Shown piece by piece: positions 1 through 12,500 of a DNA stretch of 41,182 nucleotides. This DNA comes from Octopus bimaculoides (taxonomy: Eukaryota): contig NC_068985.1 in the NCBI RefSeq assembly GCF_001194135.2, forward strand, positions 29,420,479 through 29,461,660, written 5' to 3'. Each line of letters opens with the position of its first letter. Positions within the stretch are counted from its first letter, which is position 1. The notes beneath the pieces are model-generated. The model saw nothing but the letters and a program-made list of their open reading frames with translations, was not told the DNA's origin and ran no database searches. A program made the position numbers and the translations under genes.

Positions 1-363
1 GAAGTCTCCAGCTACAAAGAGAAGGTCCCTGTCACTCGTCGACGAGGTAGTTTACAAGAGGGTGTCATAGAATTGGTCTTTCAGACCATCTGGTAGCCCC
101 GGTTGAGGTGCATAGGCTGAGATGACAGTAGCTAATCTATGATGAAGCACTAGTCTAATCTTAAATACTCTGTCACTTACTCTAACGACCTCGATTACCT
201 TATCCACCCATTTCTCCGCTAGAAGTATTCCTACGCCCCCGACCCCGTCAGTGTTCCCTGCCCAGAAAATCTTGTACCTGTGTTCTTTGCCTGTGAGGAA
301 CCTCGCAGAACCTCCTCTCCATCTTACTTCCTGAATGCAGCACATATCTACGCGTCTCCGTTC
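1..363 (-). mobile_element. RTE-clade LINE fragment, APE endonuclease domain
   Basis: Translation RRVDMCCIQEVRW...GVGGVGILLAEKW...ISAYAPQ continues after a frameshift as LLFVAGDF at the window edge. These are APE endonuclease motifs (QE, GVG, YAP, GDF[N]) typical of RTE LINEs. Confidence 0.9.
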
Positions 364-1249
364 AATATATATATATACATAACATTACTTGACTTTGAAA
401 AAAACCTTGCATCAGGACTGTTAAGTTTTAGTTCGAAACAGACAGTTTCGACTTTCAGCTTAAGCAGGTTTTCATTTCAACTAATGTTAGTCTAAACCCT
501 TCCCTATCCCCATCTTCCCTCTGTGTGTGTGTATCTAAATATCAAACAAACCAACACAAAACAGCAAAGTTTGTTGATAAAATATTAAACAAACTCTCCT
601 GTTTTTGTTTCGTTGTCACTATGTACTCAGTGACATACGCAACTGCAAATTCCAACCGAATGATGTATAGATGACTAATGCAACTCCTTAGTATCTCTTC
701 AGACATGCAGCTAACACCAAACCACTAAACCTATTCTTTATTGACCTTCACCTTTGACAAGGTGCCTGCAGTTTGAAGGTTACAAAGAAAATTAAGTGTA
801 GATGAATAACTTGCAAGAGCCATGCCAGCCGTGTACAGAGATGCTATCTCTGTACACACACCCTGGGGAAATTTTCTTCCTGTAATTCATCATTCATCCA
901 CAAAGACAAAGAACCTTGCATTTGTGATACTGTTATTCCTTGTTTGTTATCTGCAGTTGAATCAACTTCACTTTTCTCGTTATTAGCTTATTTTACTTAT
1001 AGCTTATCACATTGATTTATTATTGTTTTTATTATTTGATTTGGTCTGCTAGAAGAGGCTACATTCAGGGTATTCACACTCCCTTCCTCTGAGGCTGGTG
1101 GAACCAAGTGCTTCTCTGGAATATATATATATATATATGAATACTTAAAATCAAGCTACTAGATAAAAAATGTTCATCCGTACATATGCACACACACATA
1201 TATATATATGTAATGTATGCATGCACGTATATGTGTGTGTGTGTGTATT

Positions 1250-1360
1250 GACAGTTTTCTTCTATCAATTCCACTCAAAAGGCTGTGGGGTCAGTTTGGT
1301 GCCCAAGGTTCCACACAGTGGGATTAAACCCAGAACCATGCAATAAGGAAACAAACCATG
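1250..1360 (-). mobile_element. degraded 5' part of SINE family A
   Basis: ttttcttctatcaattccactcaaaaggct...gcccaaggttccacacagtgggattaaacccagaaccatg aligns by eye with the 17430-17829 copy. Confidence 0.6.
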
Positions 1361-1614
1361 CCAATATAGTCATGCTTGCGCTAGCATGTTCATATTTTCT
1401 TTTTTATATTTGCTTTTCCATACATAGATTAAACTAATATGTGATTAAGGCATTATTGTACAGCTAGATGCACTTCCTGTTCCTAAGCTTTACCTGTTTA
1501 CATGGCTTCAAATGGTAAATATTTTGTAAAAGACCCGTTCATAACCTCAGTATAAGATAGTTATTTTTTTCTGCAAGTTGCTTTTTGAGCGCATTCAATG
1601 TATCTCATCTCCAG

Positions 1615-1729
1615 AGATTTGGCTGTTATTTTAAGAATGCCCTGCTACCACGTAACAGCTATTTGCGATAAGGGACCCAAAATACCTGTTAAGTGGTAGC
1701 AGGACATGCAAGAAATAGCAGCCAAATCT
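1615..1729. repeat. 115-nt imperfect inverted repeat (hairpin)
   Basis: Arms 1615-1651 and 1693-1729 match at 31/37 as reverse complements. Inner arms 1652-1664 and 1680-1692 match at 11/13, leaving a ~15-nt loop. Confidence 0.8.
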
Positions 1730-2194
1730 TTCTTTTTCTGGGGAAAGGAGCCATTTACACATGATTTCGATGTCACAAACATTGGAAGCATGTGAAATAA
1801 CCTAGAAAAAAACTCACAAAACAAAATTCTGTTGCTAGGAAACTTAGAGTTTCCCAGTGACCCAATGGGTCACAGGTAGTCTAGTATATATATTTATATA
1901 TATATATATTTCACTTTCATCATTTTTGACAAGCTGGAAAATACTGCCCTCAATTGGGGATATTTTTTTCATTTTTATGTTATTCTGACTTCTCCCTCTC
2001 TGATTATGGAATACTAATTCAATATCATGATTCACGTGCTTAGCTATCTTATAAACAGCTGTAAGAGACATTATCTGTTTATATTCTCTATCTAAATTGT
2101 TTTTTCGAGTAATGCCAAATGTTTTGCTTTTTCATTTTATTCTACACACCTATATTTATATCTATACACATAGACTTATGTGTACAATCATCAT

Positions 2195-2360
2195 CGTTTT
2201 CCCATAGTGACATTACACATCCACCACATCTTGCAACCACTCAGCATCATACTTTATGAACAGGAATCATACATTGTGCCCCTTATTTTGAGAGAGAAAC
2301 CTTCATCATCAGCTGAGTTAATAACCCGCTGAACTTTTTCCAACTTGTTCTCATTCTGTA
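2195..2360 (-). mobile_element. degraded RTE LINE reverse-transcriptase C-terminal fragment
   Basis: Minus strand reads RMRTSWKKFSGLLTQLMMK / GFSLKIRGTMYDSC, resembling the RTE segment RIRxxWxKFRELLPLLxxKGxSLxxKGxLYDAC. Confidence 0.65.
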
Positions 2361-2989
2361 AAGAAAGATAAGAGAGTAGCATGGAAAGACTGAGAAAATG
2401 GGGCTGCAGAGGACAGTATTGAGTAGTGTAGTCCCTTAGATCACTGGATTTGTGGATAACACCAAGTCATTCAACTAATTGCACTGTATTTCATAAGAGT
2501 TCACTTAGGTCTGTGCAACAAAGACAGCCTATTTGTCACATATTTCTCTTTGATGATACAAGTATTGTACAGATTTGTACAAAAAAACAAAATGAAATGG
2601 GGCGAGAGAAGTGACATACTTTTTTTCCATATCTGAACTGTGTTCTTTTTCAACGGCTAAAGGTAGAAAAATGCTGTGTTGTACACAGTAGGAAACAGGT
2701 AGATAGTCGTTATTGTTGTTGCATTCAACGTTAACTTCAGGACCCAAAACTGAAAGTGACTTGGTATTAATGCTAGATGAATGGAAAAATAATTTAATTC
2801 AGTTTTAAAATAATTTTATGTATGTTAAAGACGACACTAGCAGATAATCATTATGATGTCTAATTGAAGCATTGTGTAAATAACAAAACCAAGATTAATA
2901 GTTTAAACAGCCTTTTCAAGAGCTTGAAATTAATGTGTTTCAGGCCACAATAATTTGCAAGCAAGTGCTCAGTTCAAATTTCTGCATTA

Positions 2990-3640
2990 CACACTTAGCT
3001 ATGGTAACAGTAATGGAGTGAAAAGAGTAGGTGTATTGTTGGCAGAAAAATGGATAGAGTAATTGAAGTAGCTGGTATACATTCAAATAGTTAAGCTTAG
3101 GTTAGTCATAGACAACACTGCAGTGATACTTATCTCTGCATACATGCCATAATCAGATAGAAGAATAGACAGACTAACTTTTATGAGACCATCCTGCAGC
3201 CTATCTCAGTAATAAATGACAGTGACCTCACAAGCTTGGCTGGTGATTTTAATGGACATTTTGGGCAATATTATGATGGCTTCTCTGTCATACATGGATG
3301 CTATGAGGAATGAGGAAAGATCAAGGCTACTAACAGAAATGACCTATATGCAAGACTAACTTCAATAAAATTTCCTGTCAGCTAATCACCTATCAATTAG
3401 GCAACCGCACGATTGGGAGAGCCATCATACTCACCAAGAAATGACATTGATAGCTGCTGTGATACTAAGTCTAAACCTGTTGAAGAACTTTGCACTCAAA
3501 CATTGTTTAATGATTAGTAACTTTAGAATAAGACTTAGATAAACCTAGAGTCACAGAACACTCTGGAGAAGGAAAAATAAAAGCTGAAAGAGCCTTTAAC
3601 CAGTCATAGGTTCAGAGAATTTCTAGTCAATGCATATGAC
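2990..3640 (+). mobile_element. degraded RTE LINE endonuclease region
   Basis: GVKRVGVLLAEKWI...KLRLVIDNTAVILISAYMP...AGDFNGHFG...TNFNK...LITYQ, with stops and frameshifts. It is paralogous to the 1-363 fragment. Confidence 0.8.
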
Positions 3641-3649
3641 AGAAGGAAG

Positions 3650-3800
3650 AAGGAGAGAGAGAGACTAATAGCATACAGGACAACTGGGCACTTCTATAAG
3701 ACAAGGAGGTATTCAAAAATCTTCCCGGTGACACAACAACAAATGCACACCAGGTTTCAAAGCCATGGTGGAAGCTGAGGGCAGCTACTTTGAGTAAACA
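3650..3800 (+). mobile_element. Tc1/mariner-superfamily (maT-like) transposase C-terminal remnant
   Basis: Contains KEVFKNLPGDT...CTRF...AMVEAEGSYFE*, the typical transposase C-terminus (..RF...AVIEAEGGYIE*). Confidence 0.55.
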
Positions 3801-4049
3801 GCTATCTCCTAGCCATAATCTAGTTGATATTTTTTAGTATTCTACACCAACAATCAAAGCTAGCCTGAACACCTTGTACATAGTAGCTGTACTTTCCCAG
3901 ATGTGGGAACATCATTCTATTGTGGATCTCACCTGACCTTTGTAGAAAGTCAGTGATGAAGTATTTTCTGGCTCTAAAGAAGATGGATCATCTTTGCAAT
4001 ATAATTTTTTGCTTTGGGATTGTCAGGAGAGAACAGACTGTCAGTGAAT

Positions 4050-5055
4050 GGGAAATAAGTAGTTATGGCATAAGAATTTGTGATAGGAACTCACAACAGC
4101 TTTGCTGATGTTAAGTGCAATGACATTATTTATGTAAAATTTCTTATTAGTGAAGGATCACCAGTGAGTCACAGAGGAGAGCAGATCCTTAGAGGATCTG
4201 GCTCAATGTATGCTATAGTGGCAGTCATTGAGAGGGGGTAGAGAGACCAAAGATGATAAGCAGTGCACTAAGTCTGTCTGTGCTAAGATTAAAATGTTAT
4301 TTACAATAACATGGAATTCCTGCACTAAACTATTAATCTCAACATTGATAGAAACTTTGAGGTTCAAATTGAGTGTTGACCAAGATTAGAGAGTGTGAGG
4401 TGTCAGTTTATTATGCGCATGTTATTTGTGTGTATTTGTACTGTGAACGAAACAAGATTTTCACCCATTTCATGTTTGTTTTAAGGCTGGTAGTGCAAAT
4501 TCAGCATAGAATGTGGATGGCCCCTGTGCACCAAAGGTTAGGAACAAGTGAAGAACTGCAGCATCTGCAGAGAATGAACAAGTTTGAGAATACAGAGTTT
4601 AAATTGTTAATGTATAAGATTAAGAATGTGCATAACATTACTGAACATTGAAGCATACCAGATTTGATAGAGTGTGAGTCAAAGATAGCCACATCTCATA
4701 CACTACAATAAAGCAATCTGACAAGAAGCTTCTAACCCAAGAGATAAGAAATAGGTAATTTTGACTTGAGAATTTTGTGATGGGCACTCTTGGCTGCTTT
4801 GTTGATGTCCAGTGCGATGACATGGTTTTTTGTAAGACTTCTCATAGGTGAAGGATCACCAGTGAGTCACAGAAGAGAGCAGGTCCCAAGAGGATCTGAC
4901 TATGCATGCTATACTGGTCGTAATTGAGTGGGGTGAAAGGCCAAAGATGATAGGCAGTGCACCAAAGCTGTCTGTGCTTAGAAAAAAATTAAATAGAGTT
5001 TTACAACATGAAATTCCTGCAGTAAGCTATTAATATCAAGTTTATAAGTTCAAAT
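4050..5055 (+). repeat. diverged ~320-bp direct repeat pair (about 4050-4370 and 4740-5055)
   Basis: Shared blocks gtgaaggatcaccagtgagtcacaga..gagagcag, ccaaagatgata.gcagtgcac, ctgtctgtgct, aacatg.aattcctgca and gttcaaat occur in the same order ~690 bp apart. Confidence 0.8.
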
Positions 5056-6494
5056 ACTACTGAAGTTGTTTACTGTATCACTATATAAAGCGAATCATCT
5101 GAGTTGATAATTTTGGGTTTACTAAAATGAAAAATAAGTTTCAGCCTTACTTTAAAATTGTGCTTTAAAATTATATAAAGCTGTATTTAAAATATACTGG
5201 CTAAAATATAATTTTTGCAACCAATGATATAATGATAAAAGAAAAATATCTCAGTGTAATGAAGAAATACCCATGAAATGAAAGAATAAGATGCCACAAT
5301 CAACTGAAATGAGGATACATTCATTGATGCATAAATGTAAAAAACAGGTGTAACTTAGATGAGCTAAGATAACAAATGGATTCTATTTAAACATAAGAAC
5401 ACTGCTTACTAAAAAACAAATATTTGAGAAAAGCTAAGACGTTACACCATATGGTAGTATTGTTGGTGTTTGCGATAAATTTACTGTTCTTTAGAAACAA
5501 AAACTAATTTTTTGCACAATAATTAAAAAAAAATATTCATTTAATTAAATATGCTATTCTGACAACATCAGATAATTTTTACAGAGGGAAAATGTGGCAA
5601 ATAGGAAACAAAGAAAAAAAAATGTGATGTCTATTCTTTGTTCATTTTTTCAGCAGAATGCCTGAACAACAGTTTTGCTTTTGTTTTTACTAATAGGCTA
5701 TTTTGTTTTATTTTTCTTTCTCTTTATTTTCTGGATACATTCTGATGAAATAGATTAAATTGGTTTCTAAATACATTTGGCATCTATTTTCCTCAAGTGT
5801 GACAACAAAATATATTTGCTATCAGACAACACATTCAAAATGTTTTGATTAGATTTTTTTGCACTATTCTATAGCCAGATACAATGTTTATTAATCGTAT
5901 TTACTTAATAGTTTTCCAGCGACATTTCTTGTGGGACATTATAAAGCTTTTTGCATAACTAATAGGGTGATAACTAACAAGAAAACATCATATAGGTTCT
6001 AAAACTGACATATTCACTACTAGCATCATCATTAGATTTACATTTGTTTTTCAATGCAGTATGTGTTGGACAGATCTACAATATCTGTTCAACTCATATA
6101 CAGCTCACCATACACTGTAATACTATATGCACACAGTGTAAACACTGATAAGATAATTTATATTTCACCAACAACAGAAATGTACCAAATGATAAAGAGT
6201 ATTTAGCTTTATCCATCTGCAATTTGGTGTCAATTCCTTCCAGGGTTAACTTTGCTTTCATCCCCTCAACCCATCAAATCTATGACATGTTTTCCCATAT
6301 GTAATATTTGCTTCATATATTAGCATATCAACATTTCTAGGCACTCACCCTATCATATGGATGAATCATACTTGAAATGCCAAGCTAAGAAGTGTATGTT
6401 TACACAAAACCTGAAACATCATGGTCAAACAAAATGTTTATATCAGCATTTTATGGCTGTATGTTTTTTACACATACACACACATATATATATT

Positions 6495-6526
<32 letters not shown>

Positions 6527-6659
6527 GAATGTAGGTCTCAAATGTGCATCTATACTCCACAGACTTTATGCAAGCCAGCACTGAGCAATTTGCATTTCAC
6601 CTTAATTACCCTTCACAAATCACTCAGTACTGACATTCACCACTTTCTATTACCATTGA

Positions 6660-7655
6660 CTGAGGAATATTAATGCAGTATATGGGGATCAGACAATAAG
6701 CATAAGACAGTGTCAATGCTAGTTCCAAAAATTCCAGAAATTATAGCCTAGAAGATGAGCCTCGTCCTGGAAGATCTGTAGAACTCAATGAGGACATCCG
6801 GCAAACCCTGGTGGAACAAAATCCCATTGTAACTGTTGAGGAACTAGCAGAGAAGCTTGGATTTGGTCATTCAACCAGTCATGAACACCTGCGTGCCATC
6901 AGGAAAGTCAGCAAATTGGGTCAATGGGTTCCTCACAAACTTTCCAAGTCTAATCAACTGCAGAGAGTGAATGTGTGCTCTTCTTGTCTCACTGATGAAC
7001 CTTTTTTAGACTGAATAGTGACGAGAAATGGGTTCTCTACAAAAATGTCAAGCACTGAAGACATGGGTAGGGAAAGGAGAAACACTGGCACCCCAGGCTA
7101 AAGAAGGTCTTCACCCACATAAGGTGTTATCTGTTTGGTGAGATATGAAAGGTTTAGTCTACTTTGAACTTTTAAATCCAAACCAAATGATAACAAAGGA
7201 GATCTACTGTGAGCAGCTGAAGTCAGCAGTAGAAGAAAAACAACTGCCTTTGGTTTCAAGATGAAAGGTGTTCTTCCATCAGGATAATGCTCAGCCACAT
7301 ACAACAAGGATGATATTCCAAAAGCTGGAGCAGTTTGAATGGGAAACAATGCCACACCCACCATATTCACCATACATTACCCCATCTGATTATCATTTAT
7401 TCCACAGTCTTCAAAATCATTTGGATAGAAAAAATATGAATTCTGTAGACAAGATCAGAACAGTACTGGAGGAGTATTTTTCGTCATAGATAAGTTAATT
7501 TTGGAAGAAGGGCCTTGCAAGTCTACTAGATAGATGGAAGAGCATTGTAGAAAATGAAGGAGAGTATATTTTAAATTAAAAAAGAACTTTGTTTATCTTA
7601 ATTTGAAAAATAAAAGAAATATAAAAATATATTATTTATGGAATGGCCCAAAATA
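6660..7655 (+). mobile_element. mariner transposase relic (5'-truncated, inactivated)
   Basis: RNINAVYGDQTIS..., SLEDEPRPGR, GQWVPHKL, EPFLD*IVT/EKW, FHQDNAQPH, HPPYSPYITPSDYHLFHSLQ...RWKSIVENEGEY. These correspond to the mariner WVPHEL and YSPDLAPSDY motifs, with several stops and frameshifts. Confidence 0.92.
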
Positions 7656-7819
7656 ATGCCTACATTTGAGCTTTTCACCCATTTTTTTTTTACCTAAGTT
7701 TCCATCTGTTGCCTGTCTTGTCTACCCATTATCCACTCATCTCTTATTATCGCCTTTCTTATTCATTTCACAAACTTAGTATTGACATTTTGTATGCCAG
7801 CCTATCACTCACCACCACC

Positions 7820-7829
7820 CTTCTCTCTC

Positions 7830-7872
<43 letters not shown>
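7820..7872. repeat. (CT)n/(CA)n microsatellite
   Basis: Direct reading of the sequence. Confidence 0.95.
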
Positions 7873-7874
<2 letters not shown>

Positions 7875-8376
7875 AATAAACATGTTGCTTCCACAAGAGT
7901 TTTTCTCGAAACATGATGGCTAAGTAATAAGGGATTGCATCAGATTTATTGATATCCCTTGCACTTTGTTTAACTTCTTGTGCTGCCTTCCATCATGTAC
8001 TCCCACCTTAGATCACTGTCCTATGTTAAACAGCAGTAAATAAAATAGAAATTTGATAAACTTAATATTAAAAACATCTTCAAATAAAAAAAATATCAAG
8101 CAACGGTTTTATGAAAGAAAATCAAGTAGGTTTCATTCTACCTGAATGAAACTGAGTTTACCAGATGCAAGACATATTGAATATTACAAAAGAAATGCAT
8201 TCTTAAAACATCTGTTCTTAAAAGATTTACAAATGTTAAATTTCACAGAGCTATCCAGCAATGTTTGTGCTGCATCATATACAATATAAATTCATAAATT
8301 GATTGCATTACATAAATTTTGTGAACAAGATGGCTAAAAAAAAAAAAAAGAAATCAAATGCATAAATTACACTCAC

Positions 8377-8827
8377 TGAATACCATGATGAAGATTTCCT
8401 TTTCTTTTCAGCTTTGGTCTGTTTCAAACTTCTGGATTCATCATCCCTGCCAGTATCACTGAAAGAGTTCTTATCAAAGTGCATGCTGAGATCAAATGAT
8501 CGATCAGAGATTTTATCCATCACATTATCAAGTGACTTTTCAAATGCCCTTTCATGTGTACTGCCCTTAAGAATATCTGTTCGTTCAGACTCAGAAGATT
8601 TCTCACAGCTAGTTCCAGTTGATTTCCGCTCTTGCATACTGTCATTCGCACGTGATGAGGAGTCACTCCATGTACCAACATCGATAGTGTCCCCTTCATC
8701 TTTATGGACTGGGATATCATTATCTAAATATAATGTGTCAACAAATGACACAGATGAAGAATTATTTTTGGTCTCATCAGCTTCTTGTATACATGGGCTA
8801 CGTGTAACCCAAGGGACATTGGAAGTC
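8377..8827 (-). CDS. GRAMD1: internal coding exon of GRAMD1/Aster-like gene (Ser/Asp/Glu-rich N-terminal region ending KKRKSSSWYS)
   Basis: The acceptor is tttgttttatcttttcag|G, followed by 451 nt open (1+150 codons), and the donor is TCA|gtgagt. Composition is coding-like in an AT-rich background. The terminal SWYS resembles the SWY[NS]-[VM]LSPTYK motif just before the GRAM domain of GRAMD1A/B (recalled, not searched). The exon is well supported; the gene identity is moderately supported. Confidence 0.75.
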
Positions 8828-9404
8828 CTGAAAAGATAAAACAAAGGTGTAATAGCAACTTCTTGAATTCTTTTTACTTGATTGTTTTATTTTAAATAAA
8901 AATATGAAAAGGCCATCAAAAAAACAAACAAGCACATAACAAAAATTAATTACATATTTATAGCCACTTAACTATTTTTCTTTGACAAATAAGCTGAAAA
9001 AGTTAATAGTCCTCCTCTGACAAGTCACAGTGTGTTCTCATAAAGTAGTGAAAGTTCTTGCAAACATCCATTACAAATTCAATTGTGATAAGCAGCCAAA
9101 GTCACTGATCTCTCTCTCTCTCTCTCTCTCTTCTTTCCTCTCATCCATAATATCTGTTATCTCTCTCTAGATGCCATTGTCATTAAGGATTCCAGTATTG
9201 TCAGATACTAGCAGTTTTTATTGCTTTCATAATTTTTTTCCTTTTTATATTTTCATTCTTTTAAGCAAAGAGATATTAATGGCTGAATGGGATTTGTCAA
9301 CATCCATGTAATAACTGCTTATCATTGTTAAGAGCCATCTGGGTATCTTGACTAAATCAAACAGTTATTTAAACATGCTGCATACTATATACTAAGTTTT
9401 CAAG

Positions 9405-9555
9405 TCTGTTAGAAAATCAGACAAAATGCTTTGCAGCATTTCTTTCAGCCCTTAACATTCTAAATTCAAATCCAACCAAGGTCAACTTTGCCTGTCAATC
9501 CTTCCGAGGTCATTAAAATAAAGTATCAGTCAATTACTGGGATTGATTTACGCAA
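9405..9555 (+). mobile_element. degraded SINE family B copy
   Basis: caaaatgctttgcagcatt...ttctaaattcaaatcc...ggtcaactttgcct...ccttccgaggtc...aaataaagtatcagt matches the 16903 copy. Confidence 0.7.
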
Positions 9556-12500
9556 CTGTTACTGATGTCTTCCAGGCTTCTTCAAGCAATGGGCTGTGAT
9601 TGAGAAGACCTAACAAATCACCTTCATGCAGCTTCTGCTTTAAGGGTGGATGAGGTATAAACAATATTCTTGTAAAAAAACAATGATCCAAAGTATTGTC
9701 ATCTTTGGAAGACATTGTGTCCAATGCTAGTCAACAGAAGATATAATAATCAAGTATTTAATACATGATAATAAAAGCATTTGAGGTGATTTCTGTAGGA
9801 TGTAATAAAAGCAAAATTTGTCATTCTTTTGTTTCCATTCTTTCATGCAAAATGCTGCACAATGTTCATATTGAATTCTTATTAAGGTACAGGGCCAAAA
9901 TTTAATAAACATGATGGTATGGCATTTAAATCAACCCTTTCTCCGTGAAATGAATTAGTTTCAACTTGGAGTAAAAATTAGTTTGCATACTCAACTAAAA
10001 AGAAACTAACTGTTTTCTTTTTTGTTTCTTTAGAAAGGGTTACTATCAACACTGTAAAACTCTAAATTTTCTATCAATATTTTCTCTTGTCACACACAAC
10101 ATGATACATCAGAAATCTTCTGCCTCTTCTAATATTGATTACATCAGCTTCCATCAATCTATCTGCATTCTAAGATTTTTATAACTATCTGTTATCTATA
10201 TAAAAAGTGTTTGCTTTGTGTGTCATCTTCATGTTGGGTGAATGTTTCCTATTTCTGCTGATATTTTGAGATGTTATGATGTCTGATTTCAAGAAATGCT
10301 TAGTTTCTTGTTGGTAACGTTCTAAGGTTGTCTCTCATTACTTGTACTGTACACAGGTCAAAGTACTACTTATTGTGTCTCACCTACTCAGCAGAAGAGC
10401 TGGTAAAAACAGAGAACTTGACAACAGAGCATTGAACTCACTGGAAACATATATGAAATTTGATGCTTTACAATGCCAAAACCAATCCTTTCCACAGAAG
10501 AAAGAATAACTACTAACATTTAATGTTTCAAGGAAAAGAATTAAACCTTTCTCTAACAGACATTTCATTAGATCTATAATTGTGACACCAACAAAGAGAT
10601 TTGTAAACTGAATCACTAGCCTTAAAATAATATTGAAAAACTTCCTGGCTATTCTACATCTTAAAATAATTCTGTAAAGGTTTTGTAATGCTATTTACTA
10701 AATTAGAACAGAAGATGCAAGTAATGTATAGTAAATTAATAAATGATTTAAGTCAAAATAAGGATTAAATAATATGAAAAAGAGATATGTTGAAACATGA
10801 TCATGAAAGGAAAATTATTATTTTTAATCACAAGTTATTCTAGCTAATGATATCAAGCTTCTAGTAACATCCTCCTTATTTCCAACAAACTGAAGACTGA
10901 AACAAAACTATGAGACTATGAGATAGTAATTAAAGATTATAAATAATTCAATATGATCAGATTTTCTTTAACAGCACAAACATTTCTTTTGAATAGAATG
11001 GCCACTCAGAAAAATCCATCTATCTAATTGATGATTACTTTTCCATTAAGTGTCATCTGTACAATATTTCTGTCTCTATCTTTTACAGAAAATATTTCTG
11101 TATCCACTTCTAAACAAAATTGACCATTTTATGTTTTGCAGCTCTTTTATGCCACTCACTTATCTGTTTCATATCTTAAATTCAATACCCAATCAGTTGA
11201 TCAAGTATGTCTCATTCTTCTCAATGGAAATGCTACTTTTAATGCCTATGTTTTACTAAAAAGATTTTTTTATGTACTTCACAATCTTTCTTTCATACAA
11301 AGAAAGAACTGTTTTTCAATGAGAAACTTTTGAGGAGATAACATAGTCAGTGCTAAGGTCACTGACTATGTTACCTAAATATCATAACTTTTCTAGTACT
11401 TCAAAACCTCTATTGTTCATAGTCTTCACATTCACTTAAATAATACCAGTTTTTAATGGAACCAGTTCAATGCCAGTCTTTCTGAAGTGCAAATTTGAGC
11501 AGCTAATTTATTTCTCTACCTATACTGATATTAGATAAACTATATATACATTTACAAGTAAAATTTTTCAATAAAAATTACCTACTTCATGTCAAACAAT
11601 TTTTAACAAATTAAAAGGGCTGCTATCTACAAGAGCAACAAAAAAAAAAGCTAGAGGATAATAGAAGCCTTTGTATTTTGGTTCAGTGGGTCACATAACA
11701 TCTAGTCTGTTTTAGAGCATCTTAGCTAGCTCATTTCACTGCTAGTCATTTTAATGACTTTTAAACCTTAAATATTTATTGAGGGCTTTGATAACTTTCC
11801 AAAAAGGAAGTATAGTGAAACGGTTTCAACCTATAGACATCAAAATTTAGTTGTAAAATTGGTTTCTCAGAAGCTTGCTATTATTGTTGTGTTACTTTAG
11901 AAGTATTATTGATTTCTTTTATATATTATTGTTCTATTTTATTGAGTTGCACTTGTTTTGGCAAGTGGTTTCAATTGCAGTTGTGTTTGCTTTTATACTC
12001 ATATCAATGCAGATGTATTTGCTTTAACATTACCGTTTAATTATTGTATGGTATTGTGTAACTGCCTTTGTAACTCAATATGTTTGTATAAAGAATCACA
12101 GTAGAATTAATGACAAGTGTTAATTTTTTTTTTTTAAAGGGTAGTTTTAAGATTGTTTGACCCAAAGATATTCTGTTAAAAAACAGTGATGGAGAGCAAT
12201 ATCCACTATTTTGAACAATGAAATAACTTTTTCTATGTGTGTTCTACCTCAAGACCAGATGAGATGTGTATCTAAGTTTACAGGTTAAATCCTTTTACCA
12301 CTTCCTATTTGTAGTTGAAGGGTTAACAAACAGTAGACAGTGCATCTACCAGTAAAAATACTTGAATCAGCAAAAGCAAATAACTGAATTCACTAAACAT
12401 ACATGAAAAAGAAATTCATAGAAATTCAAACTGTAATATCCTTGATTTATTAGTCTGGAAATATCTTTAAAATATCACTGAAAAACCGATTTTTAACAGC

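Noticed and set aside
5030-5060. Possible GRAM-domain exon start (TYK codons on the minus strand)
   Set aside because: The context is not LSPTYK, there is an in-frame stop just upstream, and it lies in the direct-repeat copy. The GRAM exon appears to be outside the window.
8414-8839. 141-aa plus-strand ORF overlapping the main exon
   Set aside because: Antisense shadow of a coding exon. It has a non-ATG start and no recognisable motif, and the splice signals support only the minus strand.
8308-8844. Treating the 178-aa ORF as a single-exon gene
   Set aside because: Its ends (MFYLF..., ...VSVIYAFDFFFFLAILFTKFM) are read-through into a polypyrimidine tract and intron. The true exon limits are 8827 and 8377.
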